Shown here: one piece after another, positions 38,117-51,210 of the stretch
Layout of the letters: each line of letters opens with the position of its first letter
Position numbering within the stretch: the first letter of the stretch is position 1
NCBI GenBank assembly: GCA_964016885.1
Contig: OZ024743.1
Location: 165,044,001-165,108,000, forward strand
From: Eledone cirrhosa
Taxonomy: Eukaryota
Direction of reading: 5' to 3'
DNA: 64,000 bases
The notes under the pieces: generated by a model
What the model was told of the DNA's origin: nothing
The model's input: the letters and a program-made list of their open reading frames with translations, nothing else
Database searches by the model: none
Translations under genes and position numbers: made by a program

Positions 38117-38156
38117 GTTCAGCAGCAAATAATCAAGCGACTCTGCATGTAAATAT
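38019..38156. repeat. Palindrome with 46-bp perfect arms around a (TA)n core
   Basis: atatttacatgcagagtcgcttgattatttgctgctgaacgtttat-(TA)n-ataaacgttcagcagcaaataatcaagcgactctgcatgtaaatat. Confidence 0.95.
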
Positions 38157-39029
38157 TTATTTTTTAATTATGTAGTTTATGTGAAAATGGTGCAACTTCT
38201 TGGTGATTTTAAGCCCAGGTCAATACTGGTTGGGCTGACCTCTAGTCACAGGCGTTCCAGCCGAGGTATCAGTGACAATAGATGTACTTAGAAAAAATAT
38301 TTCGTCCGATTCTTGCATTCATTGCGCACATACACGTTAGAGTTCTCGTCATTTCGTGTGTCTGTCTATATTTTCCCCTATGTTGACCTTGGATTCGTTT
38401 GACTTGCAATATTACTGATGATAATAACACTTTAATGCATCTTGATAAATAAAAGTTTAGTGGATATCTCGATTTATAAAACTTCCTTTTATGCATTATT
38501 GCTCCTTTTGTTGAGGTGAACACTCTTATTGTCAAAATGCTAACTAAAGACTTTACCAATGTCCCTAAAAATATACCCATACGGGATAACAAAACACGTA
38601 AACATTTTTAATAAACAATGTTAACTCATTTGTCAAGAATGAGCCCGACTAATTCACAGTAATAAGAAGTTATAAGGCTTTATTCAAATCTTTGATAATA
38701 CAAAATTATGGACATTTGCAATTTGTGTTGCTGGATTCATATGTAACTATGTAGTCTGCACCAACGAACGTGATGGCAGCTGATTGGTTGATTCAAACGA
38801 ATTTTATAATATTTTCCCTTTGTTGCGAGGAAGTTGTAATGTTTAATAATTCGACCAGAACGAGTGCGAATTTCACTTGAATTGATTTAAATTTGTTTGT
38901 TTCTGGACTAATTTCTTCCTCTGACATTTGCCGATCGACGTCGTCTAGCAGTTCGGTAGTAAGAGATGCGTCGTTTTCTGAAATGATATTTCTAGGTGCC
39001 GCTTACTTTCTGCTAGCGCAAAGTTCTCG

Positions 39030-39639
39030 GGGGACTGGATTGATGCCCTGCCTGTGGCCAACATTGGTGGCCTTCTCAGTCAGGACGAACTCTGTATCTC
39101 CATTGCACTTCGTATGGGAGCCGACGTCTGTGGGGGTCTGAGATGCCGCTGTGGTAGGACTCCATGGTTTGTCCTGCCGCCTGAATGCTGGTCGTTTTGC
39201 CCGTCACACCGAGCTAAACCTGATCATCAAACGGACCCTGGCTCGAGTTAATATTCCCACAGTTCTGGAGCAGGCTGGTTTATCCAGAAGTGATGGGAAG
39301 AGACCAGATGTCTTACACTTTGTCCCTGGGTGAGAGGTAGATGTCTCATATGGGACATCACAGTCGGTGACTCTTTTACCCCCTCCCACATCATAGACGC
39401 CGCGATGAATGCGGGAATCACTGCTTCCGCTGCCGAACGGAATAAAATTCGGAAATAACAGGATTTATCAAACAATTATTTTTTCCCGCCAGTGACGTTC
39501 GGTGGAGTTGGGCCGCTGACAACAAAGTTCTTGTCTTCACTGGCAGCTCGCCTTACTGAGGTGCCAGGTGATGCCTGTGAGGGTGCCTGATTATTTCAGC
39601 GCCTTAGCCTCGCCATCACCCGTGGTAATGCTGCAAGCG
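39030..39639 (+). mobile_element. Second CRE-like endonuclease relic, cut by the Gypsy nest
   Basis: RHTELNLIIKRTLARVNIPTVLEQAGLSRSDGKRPD; homologous to 35580-36200. Confidence 0.75.
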
Positions 39640-39840
39640 TTTAGACGACGTGTATTAGTCTATTTATGACTTGCAAAAATATTCAGAAGAATACGAATGG
39701 CTGGTGCGTGTTTGTACAATCAGCTCCAAGAAAAATGCGTGTTGTCGCTCTGCATTTTTTTTACCGGAGTGTCTGTATTATTTTTATGACGTCCGTTTGT
39801 GACGTCAGAGCTATCACACCATAGGTGTCGCTTCGCTACA
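39640..39840 (-). mobile_element. 3' LTR (201 bp, TGTAG...CTAAA) preceded by a PPT, probably of Gypsy element A; copy at 51522-51722
   Basis: Minus strand ggaggaggg-ctata|TGTAGCGAAG...GTCGTCTAAA|cgct, then CRE relic. Confidence 0.65.
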
Positions 39841-39882
39841 TATAGCCCTCCTCCAGATGACCAATCGATGAAGAAGTAAACA

Positions 39883-40224
39883 TGTAGCAAGAGTTGCTTC
39901 CCTTGTTGTGACGATCACATCACCAGTAGCGCTCTCTAGACCGGAAGTGGTTGGAGTTACTTCCCGTTGAGGTGGCAGAACCTTCTTTGTCACTTCCGTC
40001 CTGGGACCCTATAAAGGAGAGAGCTGAAAGCTATCTCCCTCTCTTTTAACCTGCCTGGCCCTTCGGCCAGGCGTGTTCTGCCAGAGGGTATACTCTCTGG
40101 CAACCTGAACATGGTAATGTAAAGACCTCTTGGTCTCTCGCTTCCTGACCAGTCAAAAAGGGTAAACAAATAACTTTAATTCATTCTTTCATCTCTTTTG
40201 GCATGTCAACTATTCTGCTCTACA
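39883..40224 (+). mobile_element. LTR-like element, TGTAG...CTACA with TATA box; copy at 51765-52106
   Basis: Inverted termini, cctataaagg near 40010 followed by a CT-rich tract; no clear TSD. Confidence 0.55.
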
Positions 40225-43200
40225 TAGCTCAACCTTGTTAAATAAACATTGTACATACAACCGAGTGTCTTGTTATATTCATACAACCCAGTGCGCTGTT
40301 ATACATATGTAGTGAGAAGCAAGGCAAAGATAGGTAATAAACAAAAGAAATGTTTGCACAAGCAGCAAACAAAAGGCAAGGCACCCAAAATGTAACAACA
40401 TAAACATGCAAAACAATCAATTAAATGCAACAAATCGTAAGAAAGACAAAAGCAAAGGGCTGCAACAAGGGCAGCTTAAATGTACACAGTTTGACACAGT
40501 TTGTTTCCAAAAAGGCTCCAGTGGCCAGTTCATATAATACAAGTTTGGAAGAGTTATTTGGGCCAGTGGACTCTTCGACCGGAACGGGTCGTGGTCTTGT
40601 ATCTTGGTGATGGGGTGGGGGCAAAGAAACAGGTGTGTGGGCAAAAGAGAAAGATGGGGGTGTATGTGGCTCAGGTGTGTGGGCCCGTTTAAGTCTATCA
40701 ACCGCAATGGTCTCTGGATCCCTTAATGTCTACAGTGAAATGTTTATCAGAACGAGCCAATACACGGTAGGGTCCAGAGTACGGTTGTGTGAGAGGTGGT
40801 CTCACAACATCGTTTCTTACGAACACATGGGTCCACGAGGCAATATCCCTCGGGACTGCAGCTTTTAGTCTGCAGTTTGTTTCCTCGTGTCCACCGGCGG
40901 CAGGTCCTGAAAATAAGAACGTAGACGGGATACGTAGGAAAGCGGATCTTGTGCAGCAAGATCGACAGGGGCAAGTATTTGCCCAGGTAACGCTAGAGGA
41001 GCACCATACAATAATTCGGCCGGGGAGAACCCAGGGTCCTCCTTTATTGATGACCGAATCCCCAACAACACAATAGGGAGGTACTCGCTCCAACGCGTAG
41101 AGTCAGGAGAAGTCTGTAGAGCGGCTATTAGTTGTCGGTGGAAGCGCTCCACCATTCCATTAGATGCAGGATGATATGAAGTTGTTCGGATGCGTTTAGC
41201 GCCAATGATCTTCGTCAATTCGGAGAAGAGATTCGATTCGAACTGCCTTCCACGGTCCGTTGTAATCGTGGTTGGCACTCCAAAGCGGGCAATCTATCCT
41301 GATACTAGGGCACGCGCTGTCGTTTCAGCAGTGATGTCTTTCAAGGGGATGGCTTCAGGCCATCGCGAAAAACGATCAATAATAGTCACTAGATAAGTAT
41401 GACCACCACTGACTGGCCAAGGTCCCACGATGTCCACATTCTTCTGGCCAAATATTCATGTGGACATCCCACGATGTCCACATGAATCTGGCTGTTATGA
41501 GCTTTACTGTGGCAGAAGATCCTGGGTGGGAAATGCTGTGTAAAGCAAGAAACACAGTACGACGATGGTTTAGCGGGACGATAGGTCTCGGTGAATCCTC
41601 GGAAACGTCGCAGAGAATCTGTCCGTTTGCGGTGGGCAATGGTAGGTATTTCAAATTACTCGTCGTAAATTCGGCTGATGTAATATCCAACGATTCCAGT
41701 GCAGGTTGGTCTGCTGCCAAGTGATTTGAATTGCTGTCGTGGGATGACGCAATCGAACTGATAAGCAATCGAGACAGGGCGTCAGCCGCTGTGTTCAATG
41801 AACCTGGAATGTGTTGGATGTCGTTTGTGAATTGCGAGATAAAGTCGAGATGCCTTGTATCTCTGGGCGAGTACTTGTCAGACTTTGCCCTTAAAGCGAA
41901 GGTCAACAAAGGTTTATGGTCAGTATAGATTGTAAAACACCTTCCTTCGAGCATATGTGAAAAATGTTTCACGGAAACGTAGATGGCTAACAGCTCCCGG
42001 CCAAAGGAACTGTAGCGAGTTTCTGCAGGCTTCAACTTCCTGGAGAAAAATGTCAATGGTTGTTGGTGATCGTCACTATTCTGTTGTAAGACTGCACCCA
42101 CTGCACTATCCGACGCATCAACACAAAGCGAAAGCTTGACATTGAACACTGGGTGGGGCAGCAAAGATGCACTAGCCAATGCTGATTTGGCTTTTTGAAA
42201 ATCCTCGAGCTGAGTCCGAGTCAAAGAGATTTCCTTGTTCTTCTTGCGACAATTTTTCAGAATCTCAGTAAGAGAGAAGAGTAGATTAGCACAATGCGGA
42301 ACAAAACGACTATAGAAATTTATCAGTCCTAGAAATTGTCGCAACTGACGAAGTGAGGTCGGCGGAGGCAAATCCTCTATAGCCTGAACTCGTTGAGGGA
42401 GGGGTCGAATACCCTCGGAGTTAATGGCATGACCTAAAAAATTCAGTGATTCCGCACCGAAAACACATTTTGTGGGATTTATTTGAACACTGTAATCCTT
42501 GAGTCGACAAAACAAAAGATTCAAATGACGTAAGTGCTCTTCTCTGGAGGAACTAGCAATAAGAAGATCATCAATATAAGTGTAGACGAAGTCTAAACCA
42601 CGAGTGACCTCATCCATGAACCGTTGAAGTGCTAGCAGCATTCCTAAGTCCGAAAGGCATGGTAAGAAATTCGAATGATCCAAATGGAGTCGTAATGGCC
42701 GTTTTCGGAATATCTTCTTTCTTGACAGGAATTTGATGATAGGCTTCGAGAAAATTTTACATCCCTGCAATGACGATGCAAAATATTTCAGGTGTGGGAT
42801 AGGGTATCTATCCGGGACAGTTATAGCATTTAACTTCCTATAATCCCCAGTGGATCTCCAGTCGCCAGAAGTCTTGGGTAACATGTGCAACGGAGAAGCC
42901 CAAGGGCTCGTAGAAGGGGGAATTATGCCAAGCTGCAGCATGTGGTCGAACTCGGACCGTGCTGCCTTCAATTTGTCCGCAGGCAAGCGACGAGGATGTG
43001 AGAACACTGGGGCGCCAGTTGTAGAGATAAAATGCTCCGTTGCGTGAGTCGGTTCGACAACTCGAAAATTTCCCTGTGTAAGCTGTGGAAAAGAATTCAA
43101 CAATGCATGATAGGGATTCCCAGCATTAGCGATGAAAAAGGTCGGGCTAACCGTTGGAAAATTAGCTTTCTGGCCACGAAGAGAAAAACCAGTAATGTCG

Positions 43201-43491
43201 TCTACTAGGCGTCGGCCACGGACGTCCACCGTCAATGCAAAATGGTGTAGAAAATCCACTCCAAGATCGGATATGGTAGGTCAGCAACCGTAAAAATCCA
43301 TTTGAATTCTCGTCAAAGATTTCTGAATTGCAGAGGAAGCGAGATTTGTTCAAAAGTCCGTATCGGCGAATGATTGACAGCTTGTAGATTCATTGATGAC
43401 TCAGGAGGAGTTTCTTTAACACAGTTTACCGGCCAAATGCTGCAGGAGGCTCCCGTATCTACGAGGAAAGAGCTTCCCGACAGGAGGTCCT
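40225..43491 (-). mobile_element. Gypsy (CsRn1 lineage) element A, pol region PR-RT-RH-IN, degenerate
   Basis: [53 protein letters not shown]. Confidence 0.92.
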
Positions 43492-43512
43492 TTTAGAATG
43501 TTAGTATCAGTG
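43492..43512 (-). mobile_element. Stub of element C 3' LTR
   Basis: tttagaatgttagtatcagtg is identical to 50768-50788; TSD tcct at 43488-43491 and 51211-51214. Confidence 0.85.
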
Positions 43513-46500
43513 TATAACGGCGGCGAAGATTCGAAACCGAATCTGAGCTTTCCCGCCTCTGGGGCAAACCGTGGTAACTTGTTTACGCTCAGGAGACTAA
43601 CCCCTTGGGAGAGGCTAAACACAGGTCAGAGGTGTTTACGCCTGACAGAAAATAGGTCAGAGGATATATCCATCTTTCTGACTTGTTTACGCTTGGCAAA
43701 CTAATCCCTTGGGAGACTAACCAAAGTTCAGAGGATATATCTATCCTTCTAACTTCAACTCTTATAAAGACAGGGATTGTTTACGCCAAAAATAGAAAAG
43801 AAGTGGATACAGACAAGACAAGACGTCTTTACAGGCTCTCGTCGCGAAAAACCAGTCTGCCATTTATTCTCACCTTCCTGGCTGATCGCTGACTCCTGCA
43901 ATACAAATAAGTAAATATACTGATACGCCGCACATACGCATTCATAGTGAGTCCAGCATTTGTACACGCACCATTCATTTCTGTTTACACATATTATAAT
44001 CGTATTCTGTGATATTTGAATTTACGTGGCTCGAAGAGCCACCAAATTATTGTATGAATATTTTGTGTCAATTATTTTATCATTCAATATTCAAATTGAA
44101 TATTGTTGTAATAAAATAAACTTTGTAACAACACTCCTGGTATGTTTCTCTACGCCGAAACCACCATACCAACAGTTACATCCATCCATCCACTTGTCGT
44201 TACAACCACACATAATATTCCGTTACAACTGGTGACCCCGTAAAACAGACACACAACCTTTTGATCATCCACAACAAACGATGTCTCTAGCACACGACGA
44301 TTCATCTACGGCAGAAATGGCAGTCAGGTCGACATTAAGGATTCCACTATTCTGGGTGCACGATCCAACACTGTGGTTCGCGCACATCGAAGCGCAGTTC
44401 GCATCGAACCGGATCGTTAGCGAGGCATCCCGTCTCACACATCTAATCGGTTCGATGTCTCCGGAGATTATGAATGAGGTTCGGGACCTCATTTTAGCAC
44501 CACCCGGCTCTGCGTCATATGACACATTTAAAAGAACATTAGTTAAGCGAACGTCGGAGTCGCAGCAGAAGCGTTTGCACCAGCTTCTCATATCGGAGGA
44601 ATTAGGAGATAAAAAGCCGACGCAACTCCTACGGAAAATGAAGCAGCTTCTGGGTGAACATAAACTCCCGGATGAAATTTTCGAGCAACTCTTCCTCCAG
44701 CGTTTACCTTCTGCCACACAAGTTGTACTAGCATCCACCAGGGAGTCCGCCACCATAGAAGAACTTGCCGAGCTGGCAGATAAGATCATGGAGGTACCAC
44801 ATCCGCACTCAACTTTAGCGAATGTGACGCCAGCCGTGCCTTCCACCAATCCTTTCCTTCAGCCCTCCAGTGCCACAGAGATGCCCGATCTACACCAGTT
44901 ACTGGCACAGCAAGCAACACAGATACAGGCCTTGACGTAACAAATTCAGGCCTTGTCACTGGGCAACCCTGCCACACGTCGGTCCAACAGCCGAACTCGC
45001 CGATTTGGTGGTCGCTCAAGAAGTCCCAGCGCATCTCGAGATTCACCAGAAATGTGTTGGTACCACCAAAGATTCGGGAGACGAGCGCAAAAGTCCAGCC
45101 ATCCCTGTTCATTTGTTTCGAAAACAAATCAGGGAAACAACACAGCCAGAAACTGAATGCGACAGACGTTTCTGGCCCTCATAACCAAAGTCGCCTATTT
45201 TTTATTCAGGATCGCGTCACAGGCACGCGTTTCCTGGTCGACACCGGTGCTGAAGTCAGCATCATCCCGGTTTCCTGCGTTCCTGGAAAAAGGAGAGAGA
45301 CACCAGCCTGGCTCCAGGCGGTGAATCACTCACATATTCCGACCTACGGAGAACAGTCCCTGATACTAAATTTGGGACTACGCCGCACTTTCCAGTGGGT
45401 ATTCGTTGTTGCTAAGCTGCCGACCCCTATTTTAGGAGCTGATTTTCTTCAGCACTTCTCGCTTCTAGTGGATCTGAAAAACCAACGTCTCGTTGACAAC
45501 TCCACTGGTCTCGCTGTGCGCGGCATAGCCGCTAGGACAGCCACAGTCAGTCCAGTCATTTCAAGATCGACAACAACAACCCGGCACAACCACATCATCA
45601 ACAAATACCCAGACGTAGCTCGACCACTATTCAACGCTTTCCCTGTAAAACATGATGTCACACACCACATAAAAACTCACGGCCCACCTGTCGCTGCGCG
45701 ACCTAGAAGGCTACCACCAGACCGTCAAACAAGAATTTCAGAACATGCTGGATCTCGGCATCATACGTCTGTCCAGCAGCAACTGGTCCTCACCCATACA
45801 CTGTGTACCCAAGAAGTCGTCGAACGACTGGCGAATCTGTGGCGACTACCGTGCACTAAACAACTGCACAGTTCCTGACTCTTATCCAGTGTCTCATCTA
45901 CAGGACTTCTCTAGCGCGCTGCACGGGGCTCGCATATTTTCGAAGATCGATCTTGTGCGAGCTTACAATCAGATATCCGTTGAGCCCGCAGATATTCCAA
46001 AGACCGCAGTCACAATACCCTTTGGAATGTTCGAATTTCTGCGTATGCCTTTCGGTTTGCGAAATGCAGCGCAGACATTCCAGCGATTCATCGATACAGT
46101 CACCAGGGGGTCTACCTTTTGTATACGCATACATTGACGACTTACTGGTGGCCAGCAGCTCCGATGAATACATGAGGAACACCTGGATCTCCTATTCACA
46201 GCGGATCAACAGAATGACGAGGAACTGCTGCAACTCCGGAAATCATCCTTGAAATTGAAGGAATGCCCGCTGCCCTCTTCTTCGGGTTATATTTGGTGCG
46301 ACATCTCCACAGGCCACGAGCGCCCATACGTGCCCCGGAAACATCGACGCGACGTTTTCTCGGCACTGCATTCTCTGGCACATCCTGGCGTCCGCGCCAC
46401 GCAGAAACTGATGGTTGCCCGCTTTGTGTGGCCCAACATCAACAAGGACACCCGCGAATGGGCTAGGAATTGCATCGCGTGCCAGAAGGCGAAAATTCAC

Positions 46501-47224
46501 CGGCACATCAAAGCCCCGATCGGTTCTTTCGCAACACCTGATGCACGGTTCCAACATGTGCATATAGACATAGTTGGACCTTTGCCTCCTTCTCACAACC
46601 ACACTCATCTTCTCACCTGTGTCGACCGATTTTCTCGCTGGCCAGAAGCTTTTCCCCTGACGGATATTACTGCGGAAACTATCGCCAAAACGCTAGTGTT
46701 TCACTGTGTTTCGCGTTTCGGCAAACCCGCGACCATCACTACGGATAGAGGACGTCAGTTCGATTCGCACCTATTTACTGAGCTGACTCGTCTCCTCGGG
46801 TGCAAACACATCCGTACAACAGCGTATCACCCTGCCGCTAACGGCATGGTAGAACGCTTACACCGCCAGCTAAAATCATCTATCAAGGCTTACGAAGACT
46901 CCACTAACTGGTTCGAATACCTCCCACTCATTCTTCTTGGTATTTGTTCCACTGTTAAGGAGGGAGTCGGAAATTCTCCGGCTGAAATGGTGTATGGCAC
47001 CGTACTCACTCTACCCGGACAAATGATTGCTCCTGTTTCGCCACAAGAACTTCCAGACCCTACAAAATTTGTGCACCGTTTACGGTCATCGATGTCGCAT
47101 CTGTCTCCTTCAGCCCCTAAACAACAGTACGTTACTTCACACATACCAAAAGACATCGATACATGGACGCATGTTTTCGTTAGAAATGACGGTATTCCAT
47201 CGCAACTTCGTCCGCCGTATTCCG
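43513..47224 (+). mobile_element. Gypsy (CsRn1 lineage) element B: 5' LTR 43513-44227, tRNA-Trp PBS, gag from 44281, pol; 3' end deleted
   Basis: LTR t(a)taacgg...ccgttaca; PBS TGGTGACCCCG; Gag FW..DP.LWF and CWYH..FG..A; GGGAAAC slippery site at 45132; [19 protein letters not shown]. Confidence 0.93.
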
Positions 47225-50200
47225 AGTGGAGTCCGGATGTGTCTGTGGACTTTAGATCTCTGACACTGTGTGCAGGAACGGCACCAGACAGTAATTTCTC
47301 GCCTCATTTTGGGCCAGAAAAATCTAGCTGTTATGAGCTTTACTGTGGCTGAAATTCCTGGGTGAGAAATGCTGTGCAAAGCAAGGAACACAATTCGACG
47401 GTGAGTCTCAGGAACATAAGGTCGTGGTGAATCCGTAGATACATCACACAGAATCTGCCTGTCGGTGGTCGACAAGGGCAGATATTTGAAGATGCAAGTC
47501 GCAAACTCGACAGAAAGAGTATCCAACGATTGGAGTGCAGGTTGGTCTGCAGCTAAACGACTTAAGTCGATCTCCTGGGATGACGAGATGGAGCTGATTA
47601 CGAAAACGTGACAATGCGTCTGGAAGCTATGTTAAGCGAGCCAGCAATGTGCTGGATATCATTTGTAAATTGCGAAACGTAATCCAGATGCCTTGTCTCT
47701 CTGGGTCAATATCTGTCGGCTTTAGACCTCAAAGGGAAGGTCAGAGGTTTGTGGTCAGTTAAAACAGTAAAATTTCTCCCCTCAAGAATGTGAGAGAAAT
47801 GTTTTACCGACAGATATATGGCTAATAATTGCCGCCCAAACGTGCTGTAACGCGTTTCTGTTGGTTTCAGCTTCCTTGAGAAAAATGCCAAAGGTTGTTG
47901 GTTTCCAGCGTTGTACTGCTGTAAAACTGCTCCCACAGCGGTATCAGATGCATCAACACAAAGCGAAAGCTTGGCCTCTGGTACCGGGTGGGCTAGCAAA
48001 GATGAACTAGCGTGTGCTGTCTTGGCAGTCTGGAAGTCTTTAAGCTGTCCTTGTGTCAAGGAAATATCCTCATTCTTCTTACGACGATTTTTCAAAATGT
48101 CAGTAAGGGAAGATAGCAAATTAGCACAATGAGGAACGAAACGCCTATAGAAATTGATTAGGCCTAAGAAGTGACGCAACTGGTGAAGTGTAGTAGGCGG
48201 AGGTAAATCCTGTATGGCTTGAACTCGCTGGGGAAGCGGCCTAATACCTTCGGCGTCGATGAGGTAGTCTAAAAAATTTAGCGAAGTGGAACCGAAAACA
48301 CACTTTGCGGGATTCACACGAACGCGGTAATCCTGAAGTCGCCGAAATAAAAGATGCATGTGACGCATATGCTCTTCCGGAGAGGAACTAGCGACGAGAA
48401 GATCGTCTATGTATCCATAAACGAAGTCCAGACCACGAGTGACTTCGTCTATGAACCGCTGAAAATTGATAGCGGCGTTCCTGAGTCCGAAAGGCATAGT
48501 AAAAAAATTCGAAGGAACCGAAAGGAGTTGTAATCGCCGTTTTCAGAATATCCTCCTTCCTGAGCGGAATTTGGTGGTAAGCTCGCACTAAATCTAGTTT
48601 TGAGAAAATCTTACACCCCTGCAATGAATGTGCGAAATCCTGGAGATGGGCGATGGGATACCTATCCGGGACGGTTATAGCATTTAACCTCCTATAATCC
48701 CCAGTGGGTCTCCAGTCGCCAGAGGTCTTGGGCACCATGTGGAACGGTGAAGCCCAAGGACTCGTAGATGGTCGAATAATGCCCAACTGCAGCATATGGT
48801 CGAACTCGGACCGTGCTGCCATTAATTTGTCCGCCGGTAAGCGGCGTGGACGCGAAAACACTGGAGCACCGGTGGTGGAAATGAAATGTTCAGTTGAGTG
48901 GGTTGGCTCAGTGACTCTAAAATTTCCATTGGTGAACTCCGGGAAAGAACCTAACAACGAATGGCAGGCGTCTCCAGCGGCAGCGATGAAGAATATGGGG
49001 CTGACTGTTGGAGCATTGGCTTTCCGGCCACGAATTGAAAAACCGGTGATGTCATCCACCAGGCGTTGACCACGGACGTCCACAGTCAAAGAGAAGTTGT
49101 GGAGGAAATTCGCTCCTAAGGTAGTGTATGGCAAATCGGCAACCGTAAAAATCCACTTAAAATCCCTACGAAGATTTAGGAATTTGAGAGGAAGCGAGAT
49201 TTGTCCGTACGTCTTTATAGACGAGTGGTTAACGGCCTGCAGAGTAACGGATGACTCCACGGGGGTATCTTTCAGGCAATGGACTGGCCAAATACTACAA
49301 GAGACTCCTGTATCCACAAGGAAACCTCTTCCCGACATAAAGTCCTTAATGAAGAAATGGCGGTTTGGTGGCTTTATGTTGAGGTCAACTGCCCCCATCA
49401 GCGGACCTCTTTGGCGTTTCCCGCCTTATGAAACGAGCAAGGTTGCACGCAGTGGTTCGCGCTCTCGGCAAAACGCTCGTGGTACCAGCATAAAGATGAA
49501 TCTGGTGACCTGGGGCGGCATCTAAAAGATTGAGATCTCCCGCAGCTGTGCGAACGGGCACCACACCAGACCTTCATCTTCTGGAGCTCCAGGGTGAGTT
49601 CCTGAATGAACCTCTGCATCGCCATAATGGCTGAACTCTCTGTAGGAGCTGCCGCGCAGATGGAATGGCCAGGTGTGGCCTGAGCTGGTTGGGAAACAGC
49701 GGTAAGGGCTTCCCTGCCTCCAGCACCCATGACTTCGAAAACTTTGTCCGCAGAGGCGGCAAGCTGATCCACTGTGCAAGTGTCCCTAATGGGGGCCAAA
49801 ATTGCCTGTACGTTGGTCGGTAGGCGCGAGAAGAACAACTGCTTCAATATGGCAGATTCCGCTACCGACCCCTCCATTAGGTCCTTCATTCACCTTAGGA
49901 GGTTCGATGGGGTGCCATCACCGATATGCTCCAATGGACCAGAGCCCTAAATCTTTTCTCTGCGGACTGTGCAGTCCGGCTGAGTATTTCAGCCTTCAGA
50001 GACTTGTACGTCGCGTCGGTTGGTGTCTCTAACACCAAGTCCATAATCGCTGGGATAAGTGCCGGCGGAATTGCACTAAGGACTAGGGGACGTTGTTGTG
50101 CTTCGACGATTCTGTCCGCCTCGAAAAATGCTTCGAGTTGGGCGAACCATAACCTTACGTCGCCCGTGTATGTAGGTAGACCAGAATGAGATGCCATTGG

Positions 50201-51210
50201 TATGCCGTAGGTAATCTGCAAAAAATTGTCTCCGTTCGGAAAAATATCTCCAAAACAAGGGCAAAAGAAAACAAAATCGCTTGTTTTTCTCTGTAAAACA
50301 ACTGGACAGGAAAAAGAATGCATCCGAGACAATGTGTAAAGGAGCGACTAACCGAGCGATGTCATTAATAAGGTATAGGCGGCGAATTTAAAACAAAAAC
50401 CAATATGGCGGACGATTTCGCGCCAAAAATACTTTTGATGGAGAAAAAAGCTGCCATCTTGTCACCCTCAAAATTTTTAGCCAGAGAAAAGTAGAAAAGA
50501 CATTCATACAATTGTTGTCTTGCTAGGAAGCTAGCAGCAATATCATCTTAATATATATTTTTTTTTGTGTGTGTTTGTGTGTAAATAAATGGAATGTTCG
50601 CTTTGCACAAATGAGGAGTTTGGTTGTTAAATGTTACAGATAAAGATGCTGAAATCAGTAAAATACAGCCAGATCAGAATGAAGCGTGTTGTTCTGTATT
50701 AAATGTTTTTTTGTTTTTTTTATATACACATAATACCACTTCCTATTTTTTTTTTCGGTGTCACCAATTTAGAATGTTAGTATCAGTGTATATTTATTAT
50801 TAAAAATAACAATAATTGCAGGTGCATGGTTTTATTTCACAGAAGTCAAATAAATTAATAGAAATAATTTTTACCACATGTTGATGGTCAGTTGGTCGCA
50901 TCTCCCAGACTGGAGCGTGTAGAGAAAGAGAGAGAGAAGACAGGATTCATCTCTAGGGAGAGAAAGCAGGAATCGTCTCTTGAAGGTTGAAGTCGTTCTT
51001 TTCAGCTGCGGCATAGGAAGTGAGAGAGAATTGCCTCACGTTCTCAAATATATAGTCCCCAAGGGGACGTAACTCCATTTAGTGCATGGATGTACCACTA
51101 GGGGTCACGACCGTCTCAAAGGGACGCTTAGTTCATGGATGTGACACTAGGGGTCACGACCGTCGCAACTCTTATCCGTTCTGAGTTCCAGCCGTAAGGG
51201 GGTCGCTACA
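47225..51210 (-). mobile_element. Gypsy (CsRn1 lineage) element C: 5' LTR 50768-51210 (TGTAG...CTAAA), PBS TGGTGACACC, gag and pol to the IN zinc finger
   Basis: Gag LWFAQLEA and CWYHERFAESANHCVQPC; GGGAAAC at 49416-49422; FLVDTG, YGYIDD, TDHKPL, HHCC. Confidence 0.93.

Noticed and set aside
38750-39030. Possible divergent gene or bidirectional promoter
   Set aside because: No recognisable coding exon or splice pattern before the CRE relic; unsupported from sequence alone.
41376-43259. 627-aa ORF as an intact or domesticated pol gene
   Set aside because: Contains an out-of-frame stretch within RT (compensating frameshifts) and a deleted integrase segment.
46249-47352. Integrase ORF with a novel C-terminus
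   Set aside because: The tail after PPYS is antisense read-through into element C across a deletion junction.
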